Source: a virus
IMG/VR virus record: IMGVR_UViG_3300030329_004481
Direction: 5' to 3' (one strand)
Length of the DNA stretch: 64,000 nucleotides
A program made the position numbers and the translations under genes. How positions within the stretch are numbered: the stretch's first letter is position 1; every line of letters starts with the position of its first letter. Below the pieces are notes generated by a model. The model searched no databases. It was not told the DNA's origin and saw nothing but the letters and a program-made list of their open reading frames with translations. Below are positions 16,178-25,790 of the stretch, one piece after another.

Positions 16178-16784
16178 TATTATAATAATATTTTTATGGT
16201 GGCACATCATAGCAACATTTGGATTATCAATAGGATATCATCGATATTTTTCTCACCAAACATTTAAAGTATCGTATACTTGGGAAATAATATTTTTAAT
16301 ATGTGGTTATATGTGTGGAGCAAGATCACCAATTACTTGGGCAGCAGTTCATAGATTACATCATGAATATTCAGATACTAAAAAAGATCCACATTCACCA
16401 AAATTTATAGGATTAAAATCTTTATTTTCATTGTGGACTATTGATTACATTCCAAAAAAATATTTCAAAGGATTATTAACTCCCCATTTAAGATTTGCTC
16501 ACAAATATGGAAAATATATATGGTTAGGAATAGGTTTGATACTATTGATAATTAATTTCAATTTCTTTGTAATTTTTTGGTTGTCACCATTTTTAATTAG
16601 TTATATTGGATTTGGAATATTAAATTATTTTGGTCACAATCCAACTCCAACTAATAGATTGTGGATTAATTTATTTGCTCCAAGTGAAGGTTGGCATGAA
16701 GAACATCACAATCATCCATCAAAATATAAAATGAACAAATATGATATCGCTGGATTCATTATTACAAAAATCAAAAGCAGTTAG
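16170..16784 (+). CDS. Membrane fatty acid desaturase (delta-9/acyl-CoA type)
   Basis: His boxes HRYFSH, HRLHH, HEEHH; SDT..DPHSP; TM segments. Confidence 0.92.
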   Translation: MIDIIIIFLWWHIIATFGLSIGYHRYFSHQTFKVSYTWEIIFLICGYMCGARSPITWAAVHRLHHEYSDTKKDPHSPKFIGLKSLFSLWTIDYIPKKYFKGLLTPHLRFAHKYGKYIWLGIGLILLIINFNFFVIFWLSPFLISYIGFGILNYFGHNPTPTNRLWINLFAPSEGWHEEHHNHPSKYKMNKYDIAGFIITKIKSS

Positions 16785-17532
16785 AACATTTCCATTATTT
16801 CCCTTACCGGAAATAGAATTAGATTTAACAGAAGTAAAACATTATAATTGGAATAGTACAAATATAAAAGAATGGTTAAGTCCAGTTATAGATTTGTCAG
16901 GGTTTGAATATGTTTATCCAATAAATGGTATTACAGAGGGATTAAATTATTGGATGTGGCAAGAAGATAGAATATGGATGCATAGTGGAGATTATCAATG
17001 GATAACACCTTCTGTACCACATCAAAATATGGGTATAACATATTTGACAACACCATCATCTATAGATGGAAACTTTAAAGAAGTACCTAATGTATATAAT
17101 TATGTTCTTGATATAGCATATGTAGGATCAACTAAAATTGAAAAAATTAATATACATAACAATGTACAAAAAATATTTTTCTCATTGTCAAAATGTTTCG
17201 GTTTGCGTAACATAAGAACAGGGTGGTATTTTAGTAAAACTCCTGATAAAAAATTAGAACTACTAATAGGATCTGCAAAATATTATAATTATTATGCACA
17301 AGCAGTAGCAGAACATTTTATCAATAAATATGATATAGATATTGTATATAAAACTCTTCGACCTATACAAGAAGAAGTATGTGAACAATTTAACTTAATA
17401 CCTTCTGATGTTGTATGGTTAGCAACAACCAATGATCCAAAATTTGAAAAATTTAAAAGAGGAAACATTTGCCGTGTCAGCATTGCGGAAGAAATATCAA
17501 CTGCCTACCATAGCAGAATTACCACAAATTAA
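16741..17532 (+). CDS. PLP-dependent enzyme (aminotransferase/decarboxylase fold type I, truncated form)
   Basis: GITEGL, TTPSSIDGN, LDIAY, FSLSKCFGL..RTG (Schiff-base Lys). Confidence 0.75.
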   Translation: MISLDSLLQKSKAVRTFPLFPLPEIELDLTEVKHYNWNSTNIKEWLSPVIDLSGFEYVYPINGITEGLNYWMWQEDRIWMHSGDYQWITPSVPHQNMGITYLTTPSSIDGNFKEVPNVYNYVLDIAYVGSTKIEKINIHNNVQKIFFSLSKCFGLRNIRTGWYFSKTPDKKLELLIGSAKYYNYYAQAVAEHFINKYDIDIVYKTLRPIQEEVCEQFNLIPSDVVWLATTNDPKFEKFKRGNICRVSIAEEISTAYHSRITTN

Positions 17533-18121
17533 AATAAATTTATCAAAATTAAAAACAGAATATCTAAAATTTTGCTCAAAATTTATAGATGTGGAAACTG
17601 CAAATCCTCATTTATGTATGAATCATAAAAAACTTGTAAGTGAAGTTTATGATAATTTTGAACAAATAAATCTTACAGAATTAAATGGCGAGCCCATGCC
17701 ATATACTGATAATATAAAAGAAAGAATAAAACGTAGAGAAGAAACATTATACAATAAAAAGACACAAGATTATATTGGTAGTTATTTTGAAAATATAGTA
17801 GAACAATTTATATCTCCTGCTATGAGGATAAGAATTACAAAACTTGCTCCTAAAAAAGAAATAACATGGCACACAGACTATGACCCAACATATGCTACAA
17901 GAATTATTATACCAATATATTCCAATAAAAAAGTTAAAAATTTATTTAAAGTCAGAAAAAATGTTGAAGAATATTTTTTAGAAGAAGGTAAAGCATATTT
18001 TATAAATGGGGGATTTGCTCATTCAGTTAAAAATGATAGTGAAAATTCAAGAATTGCATTAATGTTTAGTTTAGATGGACAAGATGATTTGGAAATTGTG
18101 CCCAATAGAATTACATATTGA
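17432..18121 (+). CDS. Asp/Asn beta-hydroxylase-like Fe(II)/2OG oxygenase
   Basis: RIRITKL.P, WHTD, RIIIP, G..HSV.N...SR. Confidence 0.85.
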   Translation: MIQNLKNLKEETFAVSALRKKYQLPTIAELPQIKINLSKLKTEYLKFCSKFIDVETANPHLCMNHKKLVSEVYDNFEQINLTELNGEPMPYTDNIKERIKRREETLYNKKTQDYIGSYFENIVEQFISPAMRIRITKLAPKKEITWHTDYDPTYATRIIIPIYSNKKVKNLFKVRKNVEEYFLEEGKAYFINGGFAHSVKNDSENSRIALMFSLDGQDDLEIVPNRITY

Positions 18122-18542
18122 AGAAATAAAAAAATTATTTAACAAAACAAAAGGACATAAACATCAAGACAATTATATTAAATGGCCTTTATTTGAATAC
18201 ACAAAATTTGCAAGAATGGGGTGGGACAAACATCTTATATATTATTCTGCTGGTATTGAAAGACCTGAATACAATGGATCAATTAGAATAATGAGTAGAC
18301 ATACTAGAGACAGATCATATAATTTTGGAACATATAATGATGATTTAAAAAGAGGTTTGGAAACTTTAGAACAAAGTACATACTATGCAAAAAAATTAGG
18401 ATATAAAAATATATGGGTTAGTAGAGAAGAAAGTCCAAAACTTTTAGAATATTTTTCCAAACATTCACAATATGATTGGAAATTAAATTATGAAAAATTA
18501 CATTATGGTGGTAAACAATATATTTTAAGAATCAATGACTAG
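18075..18542 (+). CDS. Hypothetical protein, possibly a degenerate GNAT-like fold
   Basis: IRIMSRH...R, AKKLGY..IWVSRE pattern; coupled to neighbours. Confidence 0.5.
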   Translation: MDKMIWKLCPIELHIEEIKKLFNKTKGHKHQDNYIKWPLFEYTKFARMGWDKHLIYYSAGIERPEYNGSIRIMSRHTRDRSYNFGTYNDDLKRGLETLEQSTYYAKKLGYKNIWVSREESPKLLEYFSKHSQYDWKLNYEKLHYGGKQYILRIND

Positions 18543-19161
18543 TATAGTTTTTCCTCCTGGTAAATTTTTTTGTTACTTGAGACAACCAAAAAGTGCAAGT
18601 CTAAGTATGACAAAATGGATTATAGATTTTGCAAAACAAAATAAAAAACCATACTTAACTAGTTTGCCTTATCAACAAAAAAATTTTAATGTTGATTATG
18701 AAAAAAATACAATAATCACCCACCACATGACCGCACAAAGATTAAAAAATACTATTCCTCAATGGTGGAATGATATGGAAAAAATGGTAACAGTTAGAAA
18801 TCCATGGAATATTTTAGCAAGTAAATTCTATCATATGAAAAAATTGGGTGTTAATCAAGTTGCAACAAATACCTTTAAAGAATTTTGTTATGAATTAAAA
18901 AATTTAAGGGGAACTTTAAATCCAGGAGAGAACTACTATAAAATTGATGGTGATATGATCGCAGATCATATTATTCCTGTAGAAAATTTACAAGAATATT
19001 TAAATGAAATTTTTAAAGATTTTATTGTTCCAAAAGTTCAACACACAAATATAGGAACAGTAACACAAGAAAAATATAAAAACCTTTATACTGATGAAAT
19101 AAACAATATGATAGAAATTGATTTCAAATATGAAATAAAATTATTTGATTATAAATTTTGA
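18535..19161 (+). CDS. Sulfotransferase family 2-like protein
   Basis: RQPKSASLSM (5'-PSB-like), HMTA, VRNPW...S.FY (3'-PB-like), Y..LY....I...F..E...F.Y.F C-terminus. Confidence 0.8.
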   Translation: MTSIVFPPGKFFCYLRQPKSASLSMTKWIIDFAKQNKKPYLTSLPYQQKNFNVDYEKNTIITHHMTAQRLKNTIPQWWNDMEKMVTVRNPWNILASKFYHMKKLGVNQVATNTFKEFCYELKNLRGTLNPGENYYKIDGDMIADHIIPVENLQEYLNEIFKDFIVPKVQHTNIGTVTQEKYKNLYTDEINNMIEIDFKYEIKLFDYKF

Positions 19162-20711
19162 TGTAATGGCCTAGATGGGTCACTTTCCCAACCAATCATA
19201 TCATTCTCAAAATTTAATTCATTGATATTTGACAAAGGAACAAGATTATCTTGAGGACGTTTATAATCTGCAGCATTTCCTTTTTCATGATCACCCAAAA
19301 CTATTCCCCCTTCACCATAAACACTTCCTGTTTTAAATTTCAATTCAATACATAAATTTTCTATTTCTTCTCTGCGTCTCACTCTAACATCCATAGTATT
19401 ATATTCTTTTCCATTCTTTGTAACCCATTCATTTTCTTCATCAACATAATAATCAAACATATTATTTTTAAATACTGGTGCACCAGGTAAAATTATCATT
19501 GTTCCACCAATTTCTATTCTACTGATAGGATTTCCATTGATCATATGTTTATGATTTTTTATCCACTCTAAATTTTCTTTATGGTGTTTTTCTTTTTCAT
19601 TAGGATATCCAACAACCATTAATAAAACAACATTAACATTATATTTACTATATAATTCTAAATTTTTTTCCATTATATCATTACTAAATTTTTTTCTCAT
19701 GTGAGTGCGAATTTCTTCTGAAAAACTTTCTACACCAATACTAAGTTGTTTAATATTTGCTCTTTCCATTTTTTCATATATTCTTTCAGGCTGATTTTTA
19801 AAAATAGCCAATCCTTTGATGGATTTAAATAATGATCCATCTTTTATTATTAAATCTAATAATTTTTCAAATTCTTTTTGATTGCCATTAATCAAACTAT
19901 CATAAAAATATATTTCATTAATTCCAATATTTAATAAGTTTTTCATTTCATCATAAATATTTTTCGCACTTCTCCATCTAAACTTTGGCCAATAATGCTC
20001 TACATCACAAAATGTGCATCTCCTAACACACCCACGACTTCCCATTATTCCTGCTTCAAGTTTTTCATATTTCCAATTTGGATTATAATGAACTCTCAAT
20101 CCTCCTGGATCACCAGAAACGTAATTAGCAAAATCAATTCCTGTATAATCAGCTATAGGCAATTGGTCTAAATTTTCTATTTGTGGTGATTTGACAATTC
20201 TATCTTTTATTTCACCTTTAATAATTTTAGGTAAAACCAAATCTCCCTCATTTGATACAGCATGATCTGCTAAATCATTTTCAATGATCCATTCAGCATA
20301 AGTTGATATTGGTGATCCACCAACTATTATTTTTTTATTAGAATTGTATTGTTTAATTTTAGGACTTAACATTTTCAAAGTGGGCAAACTTCTATAACTA
20401 AAACAACTTATTCCTGCCCATTCAGCATCATTGTTTGCAATTTCTTTTGCCCATTTTTCAATGTAATCATTATAAACTTCTTTAACAAATTGTTTGAATT
20501 TCTTTCCCTTATACAAATCTGTATTGGATTCTTTCCATATTTCCCACCATTTACTATTAATTGTATCTTTCCATAATTCATAATTAAAATCTCTCAATTC
20601 AACATCAATACCTTCTTGTTTACAAGAAGCCTGTAAATACCCTAAAGCAAGACTAGGAGTATTAACTCCATTTTTAGGAATAGTACATAGGAGTAATTTA
20701 TTTTTCATCAA
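19149..20711 (-). CDS. Cobalamin-binding (class B-type) radical SAM protein
   Basis: PSLALGYL, GISCFS, IIVGG, SRGCVRRCTFCD, FYDSLING, IGVESFS, VVGYP.E. Confidence 0.9.
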   Translation of the reverse strand: MMKNKLLLCTIPKNGVNTPSLALGYLQASCKQEGIDVELRDFNYELWKDTINSKWWEIWKESNTDLYKGKKFKQFVKEVYNDYIEKWAKEIANNDAEWAGISCFSYRSLPTLKMLSPKIKQYNSNKKIIVGGSPISTYAEWIIENDLADHAVSNEGDLVLPKIIKGEIKDRIVKSPQIENLDQLPIADYTGIDFANYVSGDPGGLRVHYNPNWKYEKLEAGIMGSRGCVRRCTFCDVEHYWPKFRWRSAKNIYDEMKNLLNIGINEIYFYDSLINGNQKEFEKLLDLIIKDGSLFKSIKGLAIFKNQPERIYEKMERANIKQLSIGVESFSEEIRTHMRKKFSNDIMEKNLELYSKYNVNVVLLMVVGYPNEKEKHHKENLEWIKNHKHMINGNPISRIEIGGTMIILPGAPVFKNNMFDYYVDEENEWVTKNGKEYNTMDVRVRRREEIENLCIELKFKTGSVYGEGGIVLGDHEKGNAADYKRPQDNLVPLSNINELNFENDMIGWESDPSRPLHQNL

Positions 20712-21309
20712 TGATCATATATCGCACAGGATTGTCTCCTAAATTTTTTACCTCATGGGATTTAGTGACATCTAGTTGCCATATTTCTCCTGGTTCTAGA
20801 TTGTGCGTAATTCCTTTACAATCTTTAAAGCAATTACCCCCATTAGTACTTATTATCAAATGATAACGATTTGTTTCATTATCACCATCTATATGAGGTT
20901 TAAGAACAAAATTTTTATATCTTTGTCCAACAATAGCTTCACTTTTACTTAAATCACAACCAACTTCATTCTCTATTGATTTTTTAATATAGTCTACTAC
21001 TGTACTTGTATCTTTTAAATATTTAGCAGAAAGTGTGGTGGTATGCGTTTGATGGTTAAACAACCTCAAACTCATAGCATCATATAATTCAAAATTATCT
21101 ATTCTTTGTTGTTTCAGTCCTTGCTTTCTATTAGCATACCAACTTTTTTGAGTTGTTCCTCCAGGATATATTATCATAGTTCTACGAGGAAGATCTTTAT
21201 CAGCATATTTTTCATAGTCATTAACTAAATCATAGTAGGGTGATAATTCTTTATTTAACATATCTAACTTGTCAAAAAAGTTATATTTTAATTTTACTAT
21301 GTTACTCAT
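20698..21309 (-). CDS. AspH-like Fe(II)/2OG oxygenase
   Basis: PHIDGD..RYHL, GEIWQLD..SHEV.N...R. Confidence 0.8.
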   Translation of the reverse strand: MSNIVKLKYNFFDKLDMLNKELSPYYDLVNDYEKYADKDLPRRTMIIYPGGTTQKSWYANRKQGLKQQRIDNFELYDAMSLRLFNHQTHTTTLSAKYLKDTSTVVDYIKKSIENEVGCDLSKSEAIVGQRYKNFVLKPHIDGDNETNRYHLIISTNGGNCFKDCKGITHNLEPGEIWQLDVTKSHEVKNLGDNPVRYMIIDEK

Positions 21310-21883
21310 CTAAAAAATCCACTATCAAATGTATGCGACTATGTGTCAAACTATCATTATTTGCTGCATGCTCTTTACTTGTATCCAATTTCCATATCTC
21401 ACCTGGCTTAGGATAAAATTTTTTTTCTGATTCAAATATTTCAAAATAACTATCTTTGTTAGATGTTAAGGGTATGTGATATCTTGTTAATCCCATAGTA
21501 TCAATATGTTTTTCTAATCTAAATTTTGATCCAGCATATACTATAGCGACTTGTACTTTACCATTTACTCCCAATGTTTTTATTAATTTTTTCACATAAG
21601 GACTTATGGTATCTTCTTTTTTTAAGTAAGCACTCACCATCCTAGTACCAAATTTTGTGTATCTTGTATATAACTTGACATGATTATTTTCTATAATATC
21701 CCATTTTTCTCCTTTACGTTTATGACTAGTATAGTGAGATGTACCAGAAGGATAATTGCACATAACTCTAATTATATCATCAGGCCATTTGTCAGCGATT
21801 TTAGTAACTTCTTGTATGTAATACTGCAAATCAATAAGTAATTGTTCACTATCAACATTAATGTTTAATTTTTCACACTGCAT
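21302..21883 (-). CDS. AspH-like Fe(II)/2OG oxygenase
   Basis: KHIDT..RYHIPLTSN, GEIWKLDT.KEHAA.N...SRIHLIVD. Confidence 0.85.
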   Translation of the reverse strand: MQCEKLNINVDSEQLLIDLQYYIQEVTKIADKWPDDIIRVMCNYPSGTSHYTSHKRKGEKWDIIENNHVKLYTRYTKFGTRMVSAYLKKEDTISPYVKKLIKTLGVNGKVQVAIVYAGSKFRLEKHIDTMGLTRYHIPLTSNKDSYFEIFESEKKFYPKPGEIWKLDTSKEHAANNDSLTHSRIHLIVDFLDE

Positions 21884-22376
21884 TTACATCTCCAATCAAA
21901 TGTAATCTATTTGTTTTTCCAAAATTGTACGCCGTGTGTTTTTTACTAGTATCTAATTCATATACTTGGTTAGGTAAATAATTAATTTTAATATCTTCTG
22001 TTTCAATGAAACAATTTTCATTTGTAGTTATTGGAATGTGTATTCTAGTCCCTTCAAAATAATCAGTATGCCAATTCATTTCAAACCCTGGACTCATACA
22101 AGCAACTACAAAATTGTCAATATTATATTGCTGTTTTATATCTTGTAAGAAATTTAAATCATATTTTTGTTTATATTTACAATGATATATCTCAATATTA
22201 GGTTTAGGACCAATGCATTTGTATATATTATTCTCAACAAATGTAGGCAATTTCATTTGTTCCCAACTACGATGTTCACTTATATAAAAAGTTATCCTAC
22301 ATGGTTTTTTTATAGAATTTGTTAATTCTTCAGCATTGTCAATAATGAATTTAAAATTGTTGGTTAAGTTGACCAT
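21873..22376 (-). CDS. AspH-like Fe(II)/2OG oxygenase
   Basis: WHTD..RIHIPITTN, LDTSKKHTAYN.G..NRLHLI. Confidence 0.88.
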   Translation of the reverse strand: MVNLTNNFKFIIDNAEELTNSIKKPCRITFYISEHRSWEQMKLPTFVENNIYKCIGPKPNIEIYHCKYKQKYDLNFLQDIKQQYNIDNFVVACMSPGFEMNWHTDYFEGTRIHIPITTNENCFIETEDIKINYLPNQVYELDTSKKHTAYNFGKTNRLHLIGDVNAV

Positions 22377-23253
22377 CTAAAGATCTTTCTACAAGTCTAC
22401 AAAACTTTTTGTCTGTTAATGGTACATAAAATATTATATGACAACGGAATACATCTGTAGGATTATCAACTGCGTGATCATAAACATAATTAAATACCCA
22501 AGCTTCACCAGGACTATAATGTTCACCATAAATTATATCATTTTTACGCACAAGCATATTTACTTTAGGATCAGTATATAGTGGTAAATGTACAATAGCT
22601 TTATCATTTACAATAATATCATTATGCCAAGGAAGTCTTGCATGGTTATGCCAATTTAAATATCCTCCATCTTTAATTTTCCATATGTGCATACGATATT
22701 TGTTGTCAGCAATATGTTTATCAATAAAATTTGTAACAGTAGGTAGTTGATCATAAATTTCAGTTTTATAAAATTTCATATCTTCGCTATTTAAACGAGG
22801 AACATTATCTACAATACTTGCAGCATACTTTTGATATTCAGGATACGCCCATGCTGATTCTTCTTTTGCTTGTTTACCTTGTCCTGTCCAACTATGAGGT
22901 GTGTAGTTAATCATTGTTTTACTATACCAATGAGGATGCAACAAAGGCCCCCTTTCTTGTGTTTCTTTATAATTACGCAGATTACATCTGCTATATGACT
23001 CTTCGTCTAACTTTTGAACCTCTTGCCATGCTTGTTCATAATCAAATACAGGTAAATCAAGTTTAAGATGAGGAATTTCTTTTATCTTAGCACTGACAGG
23101 ATTTTCATATTCATATTGTTTAATTTTTTCTACATATTTTTGTTTTTCCTCATGATCAACTTGTTTATCAAAATCAGGAACAAACTTATCTTCTTTACTT
23201 TTCCAAGGTACTTGAAGATTAGGATGAATATCTTTTTCATTTATAATTTTCAT
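22351..23253 (-). CDS. AspH-like cupin oxygenase with HxH instead of HxD
   Basis: GGYLNWHNH, VHLPL, GEAWVFN..DHAVDN...RCHI. Confidence 0.75.
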   Translation of the reverse strand: MKIINEKDIHPNLQVPWKSKEDKFVPDFDKQVDHEEKQKYVEKIKQYEYENPVSAKIKEIPHLKLDLPVFDYEQAWQEVQKLDEESYSRCNLRNYKETQERGPLLHPHWYSKTMINYTPHSWTGQGKQAKEESAWAYPEYQKYAASIVDNVPRLNSEDMKFYKTEIYDQLPTVTNFIDKHIADNKYRMHIWKIKDGGYLNWHNHARLPWHNDIIVNDKAIVHLPLYTDPKVNMLVRKNDIIYGEHYSPGEAWVFNYVYDHAVDNPTDVFRCHIIFYVPLTDKKFCRLVERSLDGQLNQQF

Positions 23254-23966
23254 GGTGTGTACCCTTCTTCATAGTGTGGTTTCCAATCTAAAAAATCAAC
23301 CATAAAAAATATACGCCCAGCACAACCTGGCCGACTGTTGTCAAATATATGTATATTTTGTGTATTTACTTTGTACAGCACTGCTTTGTCCATACTTAAC
23401 CAAACTTCTTCAACTTCACCATCTTCGTGTGTATACTGCCAACCAAATTGTCCTTTTAGTGTAGTAGTAATAGGAAATTGAAATCTATGATGCGTATAAA
23501 GATCCTGATGCCATTGCATGCAAAAATCAGGACCTTTGTACATCACCAACATTACTTTGTATTTGTCTTGCAATTCTTCTTTTTCAGCAATAGTATCAAT
23601 TAACTTTTGTACATATTTTCCTACTTCATAGTTTGGTTTCTTAGTGAGTATACCATGCACAATGTATTCCTCATCTGTACCTTTTCTAAAATAATTACAA
23701 TTAAGAACATAATTATTAAACTCCACTTCTTCATAGAGTCCTTGTTCAGTTCTTTCACGTTTTTGTTCTGGTGATGTATAAGGTGTGTGTCCCATCGGCC
23801 AACTTAAATTAAAGTAATCTCCGCCTGGATTATTATATCCACTATTAAGATGTTGTTTTATTAAGTTAATAGCAGGTTGTATATCAGAAACTATACCATT
23901 ATACCATTCTTCTGTCATTTTAACATCTAATACTTTACTAAGGCCAAGTTGTTCGCTTCGGTGCAT
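23250..23966 (-). CDS. AspH-like Fe(II)/2OG oxygenase
   Basis: WHQD..HRFQFPI.T, VNT..IHIFDN...R. Confidence 0.75.
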   Translation of the reverse strand: MHRSEQLGLSKVLDVKMTEEWYNGIVSDIQPAINLIKQHLNSGYNNPGGDYFNLSWPMGHTPYTSPEQKRERTEQGLYEEVEFNNYVLNCNYFRKGTDEEYIVHGILTKKPNYEVGKYVQKLIDTIAEKEELQDKYKVMLVMYKGPDFCMQWHQDLYTHHRFQFPITTTLKGQFGWQYTHEDGEVEEVWLSMDKAVLYKVNTQNIHIFDNSRPGCAGRIFFMVDFLDWKPHYEEGYTP

Positions 23967-24597
23967 TCCGACCTCCTAACGCTTTGTCCCATAACCAATA
24001 ACAAGCATCTGGTGTGGGTTCAACATTTAAAAGCAAAAGCAAACAACCATCAATAAAACTTACAACCCAATGATTTTTTAAAGTATTCAAAAAATATGAT
24101 TTTCCTTCTTGTAATGGTAAAATTTTATCTTCATACCCCCACTTAAAATCATTTGTTCCTGTGTTCCAAATTGGTATAACAATGCGAAATGAATCCAATC
24201 CATCGTGGTGAGGGGGAAATATACCACCTTTATTTAAATTTATAAAGTGACTTCTACAAAGATAAGGTTTTGCATCTTGAATAAGTGGAATATCATCTGA
24301 TACTAAATCATACAATTCTGTTTTAGTTTTAAAATCAGTCTCTAAAAAATTAGTACCATTTTCTTTATTATAACTTCTGATACTATCTACACTTGGACTG
24401 ACAGGATTACCATCTTTATTTACAATAGCCAATCCCTTCACACCTGGATTTACTCTCTCAAACCATCCATTTTTATCTCCATATTCAAAAACTTTCTTTG
24501 CTATTTTCACATAATCAATTTTAGGATATAGAGTTTCTAAAAAATCGCCGGCACTAACTATAGCACTATAGTTAAGTTGTCTGTCTAGCATACTCAT
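23938..24597 (-). CDS. AspH-like Fe(II)/2OG oxygenase
   Basis: RSHF..L..GG.FPPHHD..FRI, G..YFLNT.K.H. Confidence 0.8.
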   Translation of the reverse strand: MSMLDRQLNYSAIVSAGDFLETLYPKIDYVKIAKKVFEYGDKNGWFERVNPGVKGLAIVNKDGNPVSPSVDSIRSYNKENGTNFLETDFKTKTELYDLVSDDIPLIQDAKPYLCRSHFINLNKGGIFPPHHDGLDSFRIVIPIWNTGTNDFKWGYEDKILPLQEGKSYFLNTLKNHWVVSFIDGCLLLLLNVEPTPDACYWLWDKALGGRNAPKRTTWP

Positions 24598-25204
24598 TAA
24601 AATGCTCCTTTATTTTTTCAAAAGTATAATCATATTTAAAATTCAATTGAAATAAAAAACGTTTTTTATTTGTTTTATTTTCTACACTATGTTTTATTTC
24701 AGTATTAATTAAGGTAGTTTGATCATATATTGTTTCAAATCTTTTTGGTGTTAACCAATAAGTTGTGCTACCTTCAAGACTTAAAGGAAAACTCAAATTA
24801 CATTTTCTAAAACTATCAATATGTGGAATAAATGTGCTATGTTCTGGAATAACAATAATACTAGAACAATGAAAAAATAAATTTAAATCAATATCTAAAT
24901 TACTTATTACATCAGATATTAATTCTCTTGAGTGATTTAATAAATTAAAATAATGTTTTTGATCTGATACTGGAACTAATTCAGGACTTTCAATATATGC
25001 ACCTTGATTAAATGAATTAGCTATTGTTAAATATTTACACTTTTTATCCTCAACAGCATCGTATGAAATTACTTTGTCATTAGTTACAGTAAAAAAATAT
25101 CCATTCTTTTCTAATTTTTTTACTTCATCATATATTAAAGAACGTAAAAAATTATCTAATTTATAATCAATATTAATCCAAAGGTTTTTTGAATCCAAAT
25201 TCAT
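24572..25204 (-). CDS. Fe(II)/2OG oxygenase-like cupin
   Basis: PHIDS.R.CNLSFPL, LINT...HSVEN...RFLFQL. Confidence 0.8.
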   Translation of the reverse strand: MNLDSKNLWINIDYKLDNFLRSLIYDEVKKLEKNGYFFTVTNDKVISYDAVEDKKCKYLTIANSFNQGAYIESPELVPVSDQKHYFNLLNHSRELISDVISNLDIDLNLFFHCSSIIVIPEHSTFIPHIDSFRKCNLSFPLSLEGSTTYWLTPKRFETIYDQTTLINTEIKHSVENKTNKKRFLFQLNFKYDYTFEKIKEHFNEYARQTT

Positions 25205-25790
25205 CTATTTCCCATGCATAATCTCTATGTATAAAACTATCAATTTTTTCTGAAACTTTAATATCTTCTTGATCATAATTTTGTACTAATATTTTAGGAA
25301 CAGTACTTATATTAAAAAATTTTTTCATAATTTTATTAATATCCTTTACATCATAAACATCACAAATAACATTATTATCAATAGTATAAATTTCACGATT
25401 AAAATTACAAGTTCCTTTAATATCAATTAAACTTTTTGTAAAATCTTCAATATTATTGAGACAGTAATTATTTAAGTTTTTCCAATTATATTTAGAACCT
25501 GTATATTTGTTAAAGTAATAATAACTAATTAAACATATCCAAGGGTTTCTTATAAAAGTAAATTTTTTTGAAATGTTCCACACGTCCAATCTTTTTTTCA
25601 AAACTTTAGCGGACATATGACTAATAAATTTATAATCATCAAGAGTGTCCGTATCTTTACTTCTAACTTCTAAAATACTTACAGAATTTTCTTCAGCATA
25701 CTGTCTCATACATTGTTTGACTGCATGACTACCTGTTTTTTTACTACGCAGGTATACTAATGGGGGATTCTGATATAGGATTGTTGGCAT
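25173..25790 (-). CDS. Sulfotransferase family 2-like protein
   Basis: Likely ATG at 25790; RSKKTGSHAV, HMSA, FIRNPW..LISYY. Confidence 0.75.
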   Translation of the reverse strand: MPTILYQNPPLVYLRSKKTGSHAVKQCMRQYAEENSVSILEVRSKDTDTLDDYKFISHMSAKVLKKRLDVWNISKKFTFIRNPWICLISYYYFNKYTGSKYNWKNLNNYCLNNIEDFTKSLIDIKGTCNFNREIYTIDNNVICDVYDVKDINKIMKKFFNISTVPKILVQNYDQEDIKVSEKIDSFIHRDYAWEIDEFGFKKPLD

